A stretch of 63,910 bases of DNA, filler included, from Octopus bimaculoides (taxonomy: Eukaryota), in assembly GCF_001194135.2 (NCBI RefSeq). It is 4 parts of 4 records of this genome, joined end to end, with 100 filler letters (N's around TTAATTAATTAA, not from the genome) between each part and the next. Parts side by side here need not be neighbours in the genome. Positions count along the whole stretch, not along the records: positions 1 to 31,983 come from NC_068990.1; positions 32,084 to 60,637 come from NC_068994.1; 2 more parts are not named here. One strand, 5' to 3'. The notes under the pieces were generated by a model that saw nothing but the letters and a program-made list of their open reading frames with translations, made no database searches and was not told the DNA's origin. Positions 23,901-35,690 of the stretch are shown here, in pieces (within the stretch, counting starts at the first letter, position 1; the number at the start of each line of letters is the position of its first letter). Position numbers and translations under genes: made by a program.

Positions 23901-25853
23901 TCGTGTGAATAATGGATTCCTCCAATATATTTGTGTGTGTGGGTGTTTGTGTTCACACACACACACATATAAATAAATTATTATCTTTATTTAGTTTAAT
24001 ATGACTATTCCATTAATTTCATATTCATTTGCAACATGTTGCATTTACATCTATTAGTCGTAGATAGCTAAGTGATCTATTATATTTCATTTTATACTTT
24101 AGCTCTCTCTTTCTCTTTCTTCCCCCTTTCTCCCTCTCTCTGTCTACCCCAAATAAATATGACCTTACACAAATATATACATAAATATATGACATCCCTG
24201 TATGTTCTGAGTTCAATTGCAGCTGTAGTCAACTTTCTTGTTATATTTCTGGTGGTGGTGGTGGGGGGATCAATAAAATAAAGTCACTGGGCTAGATTTA
24301 ACTTGGGCCTTTGAAGGAGCCTCAATTGGTGTTGCTCAGTTTGCTAGAAATAACAGTCAACAAACCTTCTTCATACCCCATTACCTTAGAAAAGTACATG
24401 TCGGATAGTGTAGTTCTCTGTATATAAGAAAAAGATGGGGTGGTCATTGTTGAAATACTTTTGATCAGAGGTTTCCTCAAACAGATCTTTCTTGGGACTA
24501 AACAACAGTAAAAATAGTGTCCTTGTGATTATGTTAGAATTCAGTTTTACATTTTTCTACATGAGTATTGGATTGATAGAATCCTTAAGGTGTCATACAA
24601 ATTACCTTGGCCTTATACAATCTAAATTCAAATCCTGTCAAGGTCGACTTTTCATTTTATCCTTCTAGAATTGATCAAACATATTTGTGAAATACTGAGA
24701 TTAATTTAAATCAACCATCTACCCCCCAATGTAACATTGTTTGACATTGTACCTATGTCAGAGTTCAGTATTATCTTTTAGCTTTTTATGTGATGCCACT
24801 TTACATTCTGTGTTCAAATGCCTGTGTTTAGCTTTACCTTTCCTTCCTCCTTCCAGGGTTGATAAAATAGAGTGCTAGTCCAATAAATAGGGTCAATTTT
24901 AAGCAACTGGACCCTCCATGTTGGCTACATTGGATAGGTGATAATAAGATAGTGTTTTATGACTGAAGACCTTCTTGACACCAACCCTTTTCATTGCCTT
25001 GAATGAGTTCAGAAATGCAGTGTACTTCTAATAATCAAAATTTTATTTTCTGCACTTTTAATATGATCTTCCTCTTTAGTTTTTGGAATATATGACGTTA
25101 ACATTATATCATAAATGTCTCATTAGGTATCATAACAAAAGTTATAGTTTTTAATCTTTTTTTATATCACTTAATATTGACTCTGTAATCTTTACTTTTA
25201 ACTCAATAACTGCTGTTCTTTGGAGTTATGTTTGTTGTAGCTACTAATATATTAATAGTTTCGTTTTTGAGAAATGGTAGAGCTTGCGACACTAGACATG
25301 TTAAGCAGGCTTTTTTTTGTCCTATTGCAGTTTGTGGCTGAAATTCCCTTATGTGTTGTTTCAGTTCTTGCTGGTCTTGGAACAGATTAGTAAGTGAAGA
25401 AGATTTTATTCAGAAGGATAAACACAGACTAATATGATTTGTATGTATTTCATACTCACTGAAAGGTCTGATAAATATGTTTTGAGATAATAAAAACTGA
25501 GTATGGTTATAAAAGATACTACATTATGTATGTATATATATATAATCTATCAAGAGCTACATTATCCAATGTATCTGTTTTTTTTTGTTTTTTTTAAGAC
25601 AGTTGGTAAGGAGTGTGTTGGTATTTAGTTTTAGACCTTTCCATTCTGACTTCAAATTCTGCCAGGGTCCTCTTTACTTTACATCCATGCAGGGTCAATG
25701 AAGTAAAGTAGTGGTGTTGATTTAATCAAATGATGCTTGGTATTTCCCTGGCTTTTTCAAGCAACAGACTGCAACTGAGGATCCTAAAAGGACAATTGTA
25801 ATGCTGCATGCACATTAACTACAGGTGACTCAATAAACCCAATAGCCATAGTA

Positions 25854-26058
25854 CAGTGATCCCTTGACTATCGCAGGTGTTATGTTCCAGAACCCCCTGT
25901 GATAGGTGAAAATCCATGAAGTAGAAACAGTACTGTACTGTATATTTTTTTAATTTCTATAATTTGTATATATTAATATTATTGTAAATACAAAACAACA
26001 TCTCAGAGCAATCGCCATAAGCTCAAATAATAAACCACGATATGGTGAGGGATTACAG
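25854..26058. mobile_element. Tigger/pogo-like MITE
   Basis: Imperfect TIRs CAGTGATCCCTTGAC... and ...GTGAGGGATTACAG, flanked by TA. The paralogous empty site is at about 29196. Confidence 0.65.
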
Positions 26059-26088
26059 TATTCTTGTAAGGAGCATTCTCTCTCTCTG

Positions 26089-26131
<43 letters not shown>

Positions 26132-26279
26132 TACACACAGGTATGACCATTTACTGAAAGATAAGACCAGCTGCCCACTAACCGTATAAACTCTATATAA
26201 CATACTCTTTTGTTTGTGTTGTGTATGGAAGCACACAACGGCAAGAGCACCCATTAAATGATTTTTATCAGGTGTTCAG

Positions 26280-26650
26280 AAAACGCCTTAGAAATAGTTG
26301 ATGAGCTTTTGTAACCTTGGTGATTACAGTGGTGATGGGTATTCCACACCTGTAGCATTCAGACTACAACTAAGATGCGAAAAATCAGTGAGCTATTGTC
26401 TCTGCTAACAAGTGGATTTCCTCTCATAAAGGGTGATGTGGCATGGAAGACTTGGGTATTGAATGTAAGGATGTGTGAAGACTGGAAAGAAATGAAATAA
26501 GCTTGCTCCACTGCACGACTTATGTTAGTGTGCATAGATGACAGCACAATGGGTTGAGTATGAAACTCACCTGATTCTCTCATGCTGGGCATGTAAGGAC
26601 TCAGATGTAGTGTTTAAGCGAGAAAGCTCTACTGGTGCAGACGTATGCAT
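26280..26650 (+). mobile_element. RTE LINE reverse-transcriptase C-terminal fragment
   Basis: Degenerate LEIVD.FC.LGD..SGDG...KISELLSLL..G..L.KG, with frameshifts. Confidence 0.7.
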
Positions 26651-27149
26651 ACGGTTCTTGATAGTTGAGTAAAGAGTCCTGAGCAATCCAAGCCGAAGGA
26701 ATCTACAGAAGATGAAAGACAAAGAAGATGTAAAAGGGTGAAAGACGATTTTAGGAACTTGAAACTGATGAAGGTGATAAAATATGTTACAAGTGAGAAG
26801 ATACTATGGAAGAGAAGACTCTCCAACAAATGCAAGCATGAAAATTCAACAGCAAAATGACAATGACAGTGGTGATAGCATATGTGCATGCACACACACA
26901 CACACACGCACACACACATGTATACACAACGTTAAAAAATTTATTTTTTATTTTATGGGCATCTTGACTTCATGGCATCAACAATTTTGTTCACCTCTCA
27001 GAGTACTCAGGGATACAGTGAACTTAGTATAAAACCAACATACAGTATATGTTATGTAAACATACATACATCTATATATGTGTGAAACATGGTCTTCAGC
27101 CCATGTTGGAATGTAGTTCCTCCAAATAAGGACTGACTTAGACTATAAC

Positions 27150-27556
27150 GGCCTACCAATTCACAATAGCAGTCTGGCTTTCGTGCCGGTGGCACGTAAA
27201 TAGCACCATTTGAGCGTGACCGTTACCTACGTCGCCTTCCTGGCATGTGAAAAGACATTCGAGCGAGTTCGTTGCCAATAACCGCTGGACTGGCTCCTGT
27301 GCAGGTGGCACGTAAAATACACCATTTTGAGCGTGGCCATTGCCAGTACCACCTGACTGGCCTTTGTGCCAGTGGCACGTAAAAGCACCCACTACACTCT
27401 CTAAGTGGTTCGCGTTAGGAAGGGCATCCAGCTGTAGAAGCCCTGCGAAATCAGATTTGTAGCCTGGTGTAGCCATCTGGTTTCACCAGTCCTTAGTCAA
27501 ATTGTCCAACCCATGCTAGCATGGAAAGCGGACGTTAAACGATGATGATGATGATG
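27150..27556 (+). mobile_element. RTE-tail retroposon (LINE 3' UTR or derived SINE) with (GAT)n tail
   Basis: Family motif aggaagggcatccagctgtagaa...gtccaacccatgctagcatggaaagcggacgttaaacgatgatg. Further copies at 37.5, 44.0, 52.0, 56.0 and 60.1 kb. Confidence 0.85.
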
Positions 27557-28376
27557 GAAGAGCTGGTATAAAATGATCTTATATACATAAGGCACAATGA
27601 ACTATGAGTAGTGATATTCTCAGGCACAACCTCCAATGAATATTTTTTCCAGTCCACCTAAGAGTGTTGATTATTTTCTGTTGCATAATTGCCATTCATG
27701 CTAGTGTAATGTCCCCGGCCATACATCCCTATCATTTTCATTGTTTCTGTGCCTGCTTTTTATCTTGCTGACATGAGTTTAACAACGAGGCTTCTCAAGT
27801 CAGTATTCTTTGGCTGGATGTCTTTCCTGACATAAGCTCCTGATTTCAAGATACTTTATTTCTCTGAGCTTTTCATGTTAAAATTGTTGTGCTCTTGAGA
27901 CCTACATTACTGCTGTTCAAGTGGTATCAGACAAAACATGGAAGACAAATGTGCATACACACACATGCATATACATATATGCATATGATGCATTTCCATA
28001 AACTTCCATACAGTTTCCAACAACCAAATTTCACTTAGATTTTGTCCACTTGAAGCTAAAGTAGAAAACTCTTGGCCAAAGTGCCACACAACATGAGTAA
28101 ACCAAGCTTTTTACACACACAGTCATACCTATATATATATATATATATATNNNNNNNNNNNNNNNNNNNNNNNNNNNNNNNNNNNNNNNNNNNNNNNNNN
28201 NNNNNNNNNNNNNNNNNNNNNNNNNNNNNNNNNNNNNNNNNNNNNNNNNNNNNNNNNNNNNNNNNNNNNNNNNNNNNNNNNNNNNNNNNNNNNNNNNNNN
28301 NNNNNNNNNNNNNNNNNNNNNNNNNNNNNNNNNNNNNNNNNNNNNNNNNNNNNNNNAAATGATGGTGATGATGATG

Positions 28377-28446
<70 letters not shown>

Positions 28447-30712
28447 CACCTAGCCATCAAAATCATGCCAAAACAGACACAGCAGCCTGGTGCAGTCTTC
28501 TCCCTGGCCGGCTCTTGTCAAACCATCCAACTTATGCCATCATGGAAGACAGATGTTAAATGATGAATGTATATATTTATACACATTTAGGCAAAGTTTT
28601 CTGCCAGCATTTGTGTTGTTATCAATGAGTACACTTTTAACCAAAGGCATTCCATTTGTGATCATGGTTTTTTTTTACCTTTAAACATACTGTGTCTATT
28701 ACATTTTCTAGCTTTTTTTTGTTAAGACTGTGATATTTTGTTTGAGGGTTAGTTAGCTATTTATAAGAAGCTTACTTATTGGCTCATGAAGAAAATGGTT
28801 TCATAGAAAGTTTCTTCTCAAGCTGTTGATGAGACCCAAGTCAGCTTTGACTGAGCAGAATTCTGATCAGAGGAATTCCTACCATGACCATCCTATCTGT
28901 TTGCTTTTCTATATCATTTATCAAGGATTACATTATGCAATATATCTATTTTTTTTAAGACAGTAGGTAAAGAGTGTATTGGTATTTAGTTATAGACCTT
29001 TTCATTCTAATTTCAAATCTTGCCATGGTCATTTTTACTTTTCATCCGTCCAGGAACACTGAAGTAAAGTTGTGGTATTGGTTTAATCAAGCGTTTCCCA
29101 GGCTTGTTCAAACAACAGATAACGACTGAGAATCCTAAAAGGACATTTGTTGTGCTTCGTACACATTAACAACAGATGACAATATAAACCCAATGGCGTT
29201 AGTTTTCTTGTAATATCAGCCATAGCAGATATGATATTAACTTTGATAGGCATAATGGTGGATCACTGCTGCACAAAACCTATAATTAATGGTGATATAT
29301 GGCATTTCTGTTGGCAGAACAGGGTGCAATTTCAGAGGGATTTGGCTGTTATTTCATTCATTATGTTCTCAGTTGGTCAGTCTGTTCTTTTAATTTGATT
29401 CATAAATTGGAACAATGTGTTGGTGTCTGTCTGTCTGTTTGTTTGTTCGTTTTTGTTGTTTTTGTGTTTTTTGTTAGTTTCTTTTTTTGTTTTTGTTGTT
29501 TTCCTTTTAACTAGCCATTGTCTCAATACAGAAGCATGCATTATGTATTCTTGCGTTTATTGCGCTGTTCAAAGTTACATCTCAGTTGAATTTAGCAATT
29601 TATTTTGCCCCACACCCAGATTTTTTTTTTTAATTTCTCTCCTTTTCTCCCTAAACTTTGCTCCTGGTATATATTACACTGGCTTCCATGTTTTGTGCAG
29701 TAGTAACTAACTTTTCATTCAGAACGACCAGTTTAGCATTAAATAAATTTTCCCGAGTAAACAGCTAAATAAACAGCAACTGTGTATAAAATGTATGTAT
29801 GTGTTCATGTGTATATGTGTGTTGTTTGGAAGCACAAAAAGTTGTACCATTTTCATCAAGTTCTAACCATTTCATAAATTTATATGTGTTTATATATATA
29901 TATACACATATGCGCGCGTGTGTATGTATGTCTGTGTATATATATTGTGTGTATATAATTTACTTTGAGTGTAGATATTCTTGCATTTAATCTTAATGTA
30001 GTTAGAAGGCCCCTTAAATAGTCAAATCTGAACATTCTAAATATATTAGTATGTATGTGTATATTTGACAGAACTAAAACAATGTTAACTCTCTCAAATA
30101 ATCTGGAAGAAAATATGATAGATTTTCAAATGTCTTTAATATTTTTCTTCTTTAAAACAACTATTTAAACTAAGAGTGTGATTAAAGTTTAGTGTCATAG
30201 TAATGATAATGATGATGATCATAATAATAATAATAATTATAATTATAATAAACAATTGCAAATAGATATGTAATTAGTTAATATAATTCTCTTGCTGAAA
30301 CTAGCTGCAATGTTTTCAAAATTATTTACCCTAGTATAATTATATTTTTACTTATTAGTTATGTGACACATATTTGTGTACGTGTGGGTGTGGGTGTATT
30401 CATGTACACACAGACACAAACATGCACTTTTATTTTGTGTCTTAGCATGTAGTAATATTTTCTAAAATATCTTCCTAAACTTAAATTTTTAGAGAAAGAC
30501 CTCTTTAAAATAGTAATTTCTTTAAAATGAAAGGTTACTGTTTGTTAAAAAAAAAAGTGTGTTGTGTGTGTGAGTGTTAATGTGTGTGCACATGTGTGTG
30601 TAGTTATGTAAAATTATATATTCCTTTATACATAGACATCTGCAGATACACATATACATTCTATTATTCATATAGGCTTATATTTACATCTTTATATGTA
30701 TGTCTGCAGTTA

Positions 30713-30776
<64 letters not shown>

Positions 30777-31922
30777 TATTTATGTATGTGCATGCTGGTG
30801 TGTGTGCATATATGTATTTTATTTATATATATATACACACACACGCACACACACAAGTACACATACATACACACACATTCACTCACATATGTATATGTAT
30901 ACAAATGTATATGCATAGTCATATGCATATCTAAACACAAACACAAATATTCACATGAGAGATTAAGCTAAGTTGTAGGTAGAATGTGTTTGCATACATT
31001 TTAAATATAAGGTAGTATTTACAATCTTCATATCCATTAATAACTAGGCATCCTCTCAACCAACTCCTCTTATAAACATGTAATTTAATGTGAGTCCCAC
31101 ACTGAATGTATTTAATTAATCCTAAGTATATTTCATATTGCTAACTTAAACTTGCTTTTGAAACTAGGTTTCTTCTGTCTCATAAATTCTGCTGTTTGCT
31201 ATGTTTATAGCTGTACTATTTGAGTGTACTTCTTGCCCCGCTTGCTGCGTTGTTGCGCGGCTATGGGTTGCAGCTGGTATCTTCCTAGCTAGCGCTCTGC
31301 TCTGCCAAACACGGAAGACCATCGCAGCGGTCTTCTTGCTGTTGCTGCTGCTACTATAAATATTTTAAAAAATCATGTTGCATTAGTTGCCCAGTGTCTA
31401 GACTGCTACGAAATAGTGTAATCTCTTTTTTTTTTTTATTGACATAAAGGTCAGCTCAATAGATTTAAATGCTAACAAGTGACACAAAAAATATATATAC
31501 ACACATGTATGTATGTGTGTATGTATATATATATATATATATATGTATATATGTGTGTGCATATATATGTACATATATATATGTATATATATGTATATTT
31601 ATATATATATATTTTGAGCTCAAAAGAAGAAAAGAACTGATGCACCATTTTTTGTGTTTATTGGGTCAATACACTTGGTAGGTATTTTGGTTTACTGCCA
31701 GTTTTACATAGTGACTTTAAAAAAAAGAAAACAAATCGACCAATTAATTTTACTTTATTTTAACACTTTCTTTTGCTTTTGTTTAATGACACAACTTTTG
31801 ACAATTTTGTTTTCAAAATTAGAGTTTAATTTATTTTGAGTCTTTATTTTATATATATACTTACACACATATATGTATATAACATTCGTATAAACATATA
31901 TATATGTTTATATATGTATATA

Positions 31923-31983
<61 letters not shown>

Positions 31984-32083
31984 NNNNNNNNNNNNNNNNN
32001 NNNNNNNNNNNNNNNNNNNNNNNNNNNTTAATTAATTAANNNNNNNNNNNNNNNNNNNNNNNNNNNNNNNNNNNNNNNNNNNN
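31984..32083. other. assembly join: 44 N + TTAATTAATTAA + 44 N
   Basis: Identical 100-bp spacer recurs at 60638-60737 and 62642-62741. The 12-mer has stops in all six frames. Confidence 0.95.
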
Positions 32084-32163
32084 AACATAATTAAGAGATC
32101 AGCAAGCATTTGCTTCACCATATACCGAAGTTCAGAAATAGCAGCTAATTTGTAATAATTAGC

Positions 32164-32199
<36 letters not shown>

Positions 32200-32577
32200 T
32201 ACAGAACTTAGAGGAAGGAAATAAACGTAATCCTGCAAGGAGTTGTCTAGTGTTCACGTTTTCCTGTTAAATCGCCTTAATGTTCGTTCGTGTATGTTAC
32301 CATGTTCGATCAACATCAATTTGTATTTGTTTATCAGCCTGAAGGACATCAAACGTCACAACAAAAAATATTTTACAATAATAAATTCTCCACTTCGACA
32401 TAAGGCCACGAATTTCGGTGGGTTTTTTTTTTGAAGGCTAACAGTCAATTATCTCCAGATATATTAAGTACCTGCGTTGTGGTTTATTTTATCGACACCC
32501 CAGAAGATTCGACCACTGAATACAATAATAATAATAATAATAATAGTAATAATAATAATAAATAGATCAGAACAAAC

Positions 32578-32727
32578 CTTTCGTTTTAGCTTTTGAAGCT
32601 GGTTCTTTCTTATTTCCTTTCTGTAATTTAATATCAGTTTGCAGAAGACGGGTGTGTGAAAATGTGGCCGAAGGCCACTACAGTCACGTAGTGAATGAGA
32701 TATATGTGATAAAAAGACCAGCAAATG
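32578..32727 (-). other. probable second (ATG-less) exon of the minus-strand transcript
   Basis: Strong acceptor ttttccttctcttcattgttattactctatacag, donor AAG|gtttgt. 150 nt with the phase-0 frame open but no ATG and no recognisable domain. Confidence 0.4.
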
Positions 32728-33539
32728 CTGTATAGAGTAATAACAATGAAGAGAAGGAAAACATCATCCGGTTTTCATTAAACATTGTTGTGCAGTTTGC
32801 TGTTGATGTTCTCTGTTTTATTTTTTCCACTTGGGGGGGGGGTTAGTAATATATATACATAAATGGAAAGGTGCTTGAATGGCAAAGCAATAGAAGTAGC
32901 TTGTCACCACTCAATATAATATAATATATATAATGAAGAAATGAAAAAGAAAATAGACACCAGTAAATGGGTTATGTGAACAACATCCAGCCAAGTTAAC
33001 CTAGAACAACACAAGGTTGGGTTTGTTCAAAAAGAAAACAAACATACACATCCACACACTTATGTTTCACTTATTAATAATTATCATAAAATTAATTCCC
33101 TATTATATATATATATATATATATATAAGGTTTACTTATTATTTCTAAACACACTTACATCCAGACACTCATTCATTCTACTCCCTAGATCCCTAATATA
33201 TATTTTTTCCTTTACCGTTTTTTTTCGTCTGCTCGTCTTGTTTTTAATAATCCCAGTCACTTCATTCCGTTTTCGTCTTCTTCTGCTTAATTATTATTAT
33301 TATTATTATGTTTTCGTTTCTCTCTCTTGTTTTTTTTTTTCTGTCAATGAAATTTTCCTACAAATCTGTGTTTGACAAACAATCTGTTCGATTTTTTTGT
33401 TTTGATGTCATTTTTCTGTCTCAATTTTTTCTTTTTTCTCTATATTTCTTCTCTTCAGAAATGGATTTTAACTTCTTCAGAAGCGTTACGAATTTTTGTC
33501 ATAGACATTTACAAATTTTCCTTTTTCCTGTAAATATAT

Positions 33540-33586
<47 letters not shown>

Positions 33587-33703
33587 NNNNNNNNNNNNNN
33601 NNNNNNNNNNNAAAAGAATTCGGTAAATATCCTTTGAAGATTCAGTGTTGCCCACCTCCTGAAGTGTTGTTTGTTGGGGGATATTTCTTTCCCCCAAACT
33701 CAC

Positions 33704-33775
33704 TTGCTGCAGTAGAAATAGTGGTGCAGGAGAATACAACCGGAACTACTTCCGCTTTCGGCTTACATCTCGCTA
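33704..33775 (-). other. probable non-coding first exon / TSS region of an unidentified minus-strand transcript
   Basis: CpG-rich patch with paired ETS-like cores (CCGGAACTACTTCCG, 33740-33754) and a consensus minus-strand donor GCAA|GTGAGT at 33703. No usable ATG. The 5' boundary is approximate. Confidence 0.4.
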
Positions 33776-33779
33776 ATTC

Positions 33780-34270
33780 TTCCCTCCCCTTTCTCTCTCT
33801 CTCTCTTCTCCTCCTCTGTCTTTCTCTTCTCCACTTCTGCCTTTCTCTTCCCCCTCTCTTTCTCTTTTCCCCCTCTCTCTTTCTCTCTTCCTTTCTCTAT
33901 CTCTCTTTCGATCCTCCCTGTCTCTTCCTCTCTCACGCTCGCTTTTTCTTCTCTCTCTCTCTTCCTCTCACCCTCTTTTCATTTCTTGCTATCATTGATT
34001 TCTCTCCTTTCTCACTCCCGTTACCCCCCTCTCTCTCTCTCTCTGTCTTTCGTTCGTTCTTTTATATTCTTCATTTCTAATTCACTCTTTATATCTATGT
34101 CTGCTCTCGCTGGTTTCGTTTGCGTGTCAATCTCTCTCGACGCTTTCTCTCTCTCTCTCTCCCTTTCTCCCACCATCTCTCTCTTTCAAATTCCCTTTAT
34201 CTATCTTTTTTTCCTCTCTCTTTCTCCCTCTCTCCCTAACTCTGTCTTTCTCACATTTCTTTTATCACAC
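33780..34270 (+). repeat. CT-rich low-complexity polypyrimidine tract
   Basis: About 500 bp of degenerate (CT)n/(CTT)n. Confidence 0.9.
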
Positions 34271-34549
34271 ACACTCTTAATCTATCATTTGCATTTCGCA
34301 ACAAAATTCTTTTTTCTTTTCACCTGTCGTTTGTGACCCAATTTAATTTTTGTTCTTTTTTTTTAATATTATTAACTTCTCACAAGTTTACACTTGTGTT
34401 TTTAATTAACTTACTATTTCCCTTCGAATTCTCGTTCTTTTGGATATTGTGTGTGAGTGAATCTATAACGATTTCCAAGAAAAGGTAACGAAGGCACTTC
34501 TTTCGTTGCCTTTTCCAGAAGTCTAGGAATGATTTCTGAGAACATACAG

Positions 34550-34589
<40 letters not shown>

Positions 34590-35021
34590 TGCATTACATA
34601 ATCTCATGCATAATGATCATCATTTTAACGGTCTCTTTTCCTCACACAGACGGAATTCATTGAGGCAGATTTTCTACGACCGGATCCCATTCCTGTTGCC
34701 AACCCTCACCTGTTTCCAAGCAAGCTAATATTTTCCCATGCCCACATATTTTTTCCACAGAAGACCTCTTGTATGAGCACGATACCCATTGACAACTGTC
34801 ACATGATGTCAAGACAAGGAGGTACAACTACACACGACACATGTATACGTTTCTTGTATTACCTGCCCAGCCAAACTATCAGATGTTGCTACACACTATT
34901 GGTCACTAAGTGCTGCCAATTCTTTCTTGATTAAGCCATTGTTTTCCATCTTGGCCCAAATCATTTTATTCCACCATCTCACCATTATCAAGACATGGAT
35001 ACAGAAATCTTGAGAAGAATA

Positions 35022-35404
35022 TGGCACTCCATCGGTTACGACGACGAGGGTTCCAGTTGATCTGATCAACGGAACAGCCTGCTCGTGAAATTAAGGTGCA
35101 AGTGGCTGAGCACTCCACAGACACGTGTACCCTTAACGTAGTTCTCCGGCAGATTCAGCGTGACACAGAGTGTGACAAGGCTGACCCTTTGAAATACAGG
35201 CACAACAGAAACAGGAAGTAAGGGTGACAGAAAGCTGTGGTGAAAGAGTACAGCAGGGTTCACCACCATCCCCTGCCGGAGCCTTGTGGAGCTTTTAGGT
35301 GTTTTCGCTCAATAAACACTCACAACCCGCGGTCTGGGAATCGAAACCGCGATCCTATGACCGCGAGTCCTCTGCCCTAATCACTGGGCCATTGCGCCTC
35401 CGCT
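35022..35404 (-). mobile_element. full-length tRNA-derived SINE with 15-bp TSD
   Basis: tRNA-like head with A/B boxes at about 35330-35400 on the minus strand. Exact TSD ATCTTGAGAAGAATA at 35007-35021 and 35405-35419. Related copy at 54275-54590. Confidence 0.85.
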
Positions 35405-35437
35405 ATCTTGAGAAGAATAAGGGCAGAATTGAAGCTA

Positions 35438-35690
35438 CAAGGTGGTATCAAAAAGTTCTCAAACTAATTATGTTTAATTAAAAAAAACATAACTTATTTA
35501 CCTAAGCTTTAACGTCATCTCCTTCAAAATAGTTACCTTGAGCAGCAATACACTGATCCCAGCGTTCCTGTCATTTTCCATAAGTGAGTTGAGGACCTTC
35601 TGCAATTCACACTTAATCTTGACAGCAGTGTTAAAACAGCAACCTTTGAGCTGCATTTTCATCTTGGGGAAGAGATGGAAGTGTGCACTC
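35438..35690 (-). mobile_element. mariner 3' end (TIR plus transposase C-terminus)
   Basis: TA then CAAGGTGGTATCAAAAAGTT TIR. Minus-strand HFHLFPKMKMQLKG..F resembles the mariner C-terminus. Confidence 0.75.

Noticed and set aside
25331-25395. Exon candidates ending at TTA|GTAAGT (25389)
   Set aside because: Lengths of 25 or 59 nt break the LAR frame, and the longer one has an in-frame stop.
33634-34336. Leu/Ser/Phe-rich ORFs resembling membrane proteins
   Set aside because: Product of CT low-complexity sequence.
35330-35400. tRNA gene
   Set aside because: It is the tRNA-derived head of a SINE with TSDs and has no complete cloverleaf; the same applies to other SINE heads.
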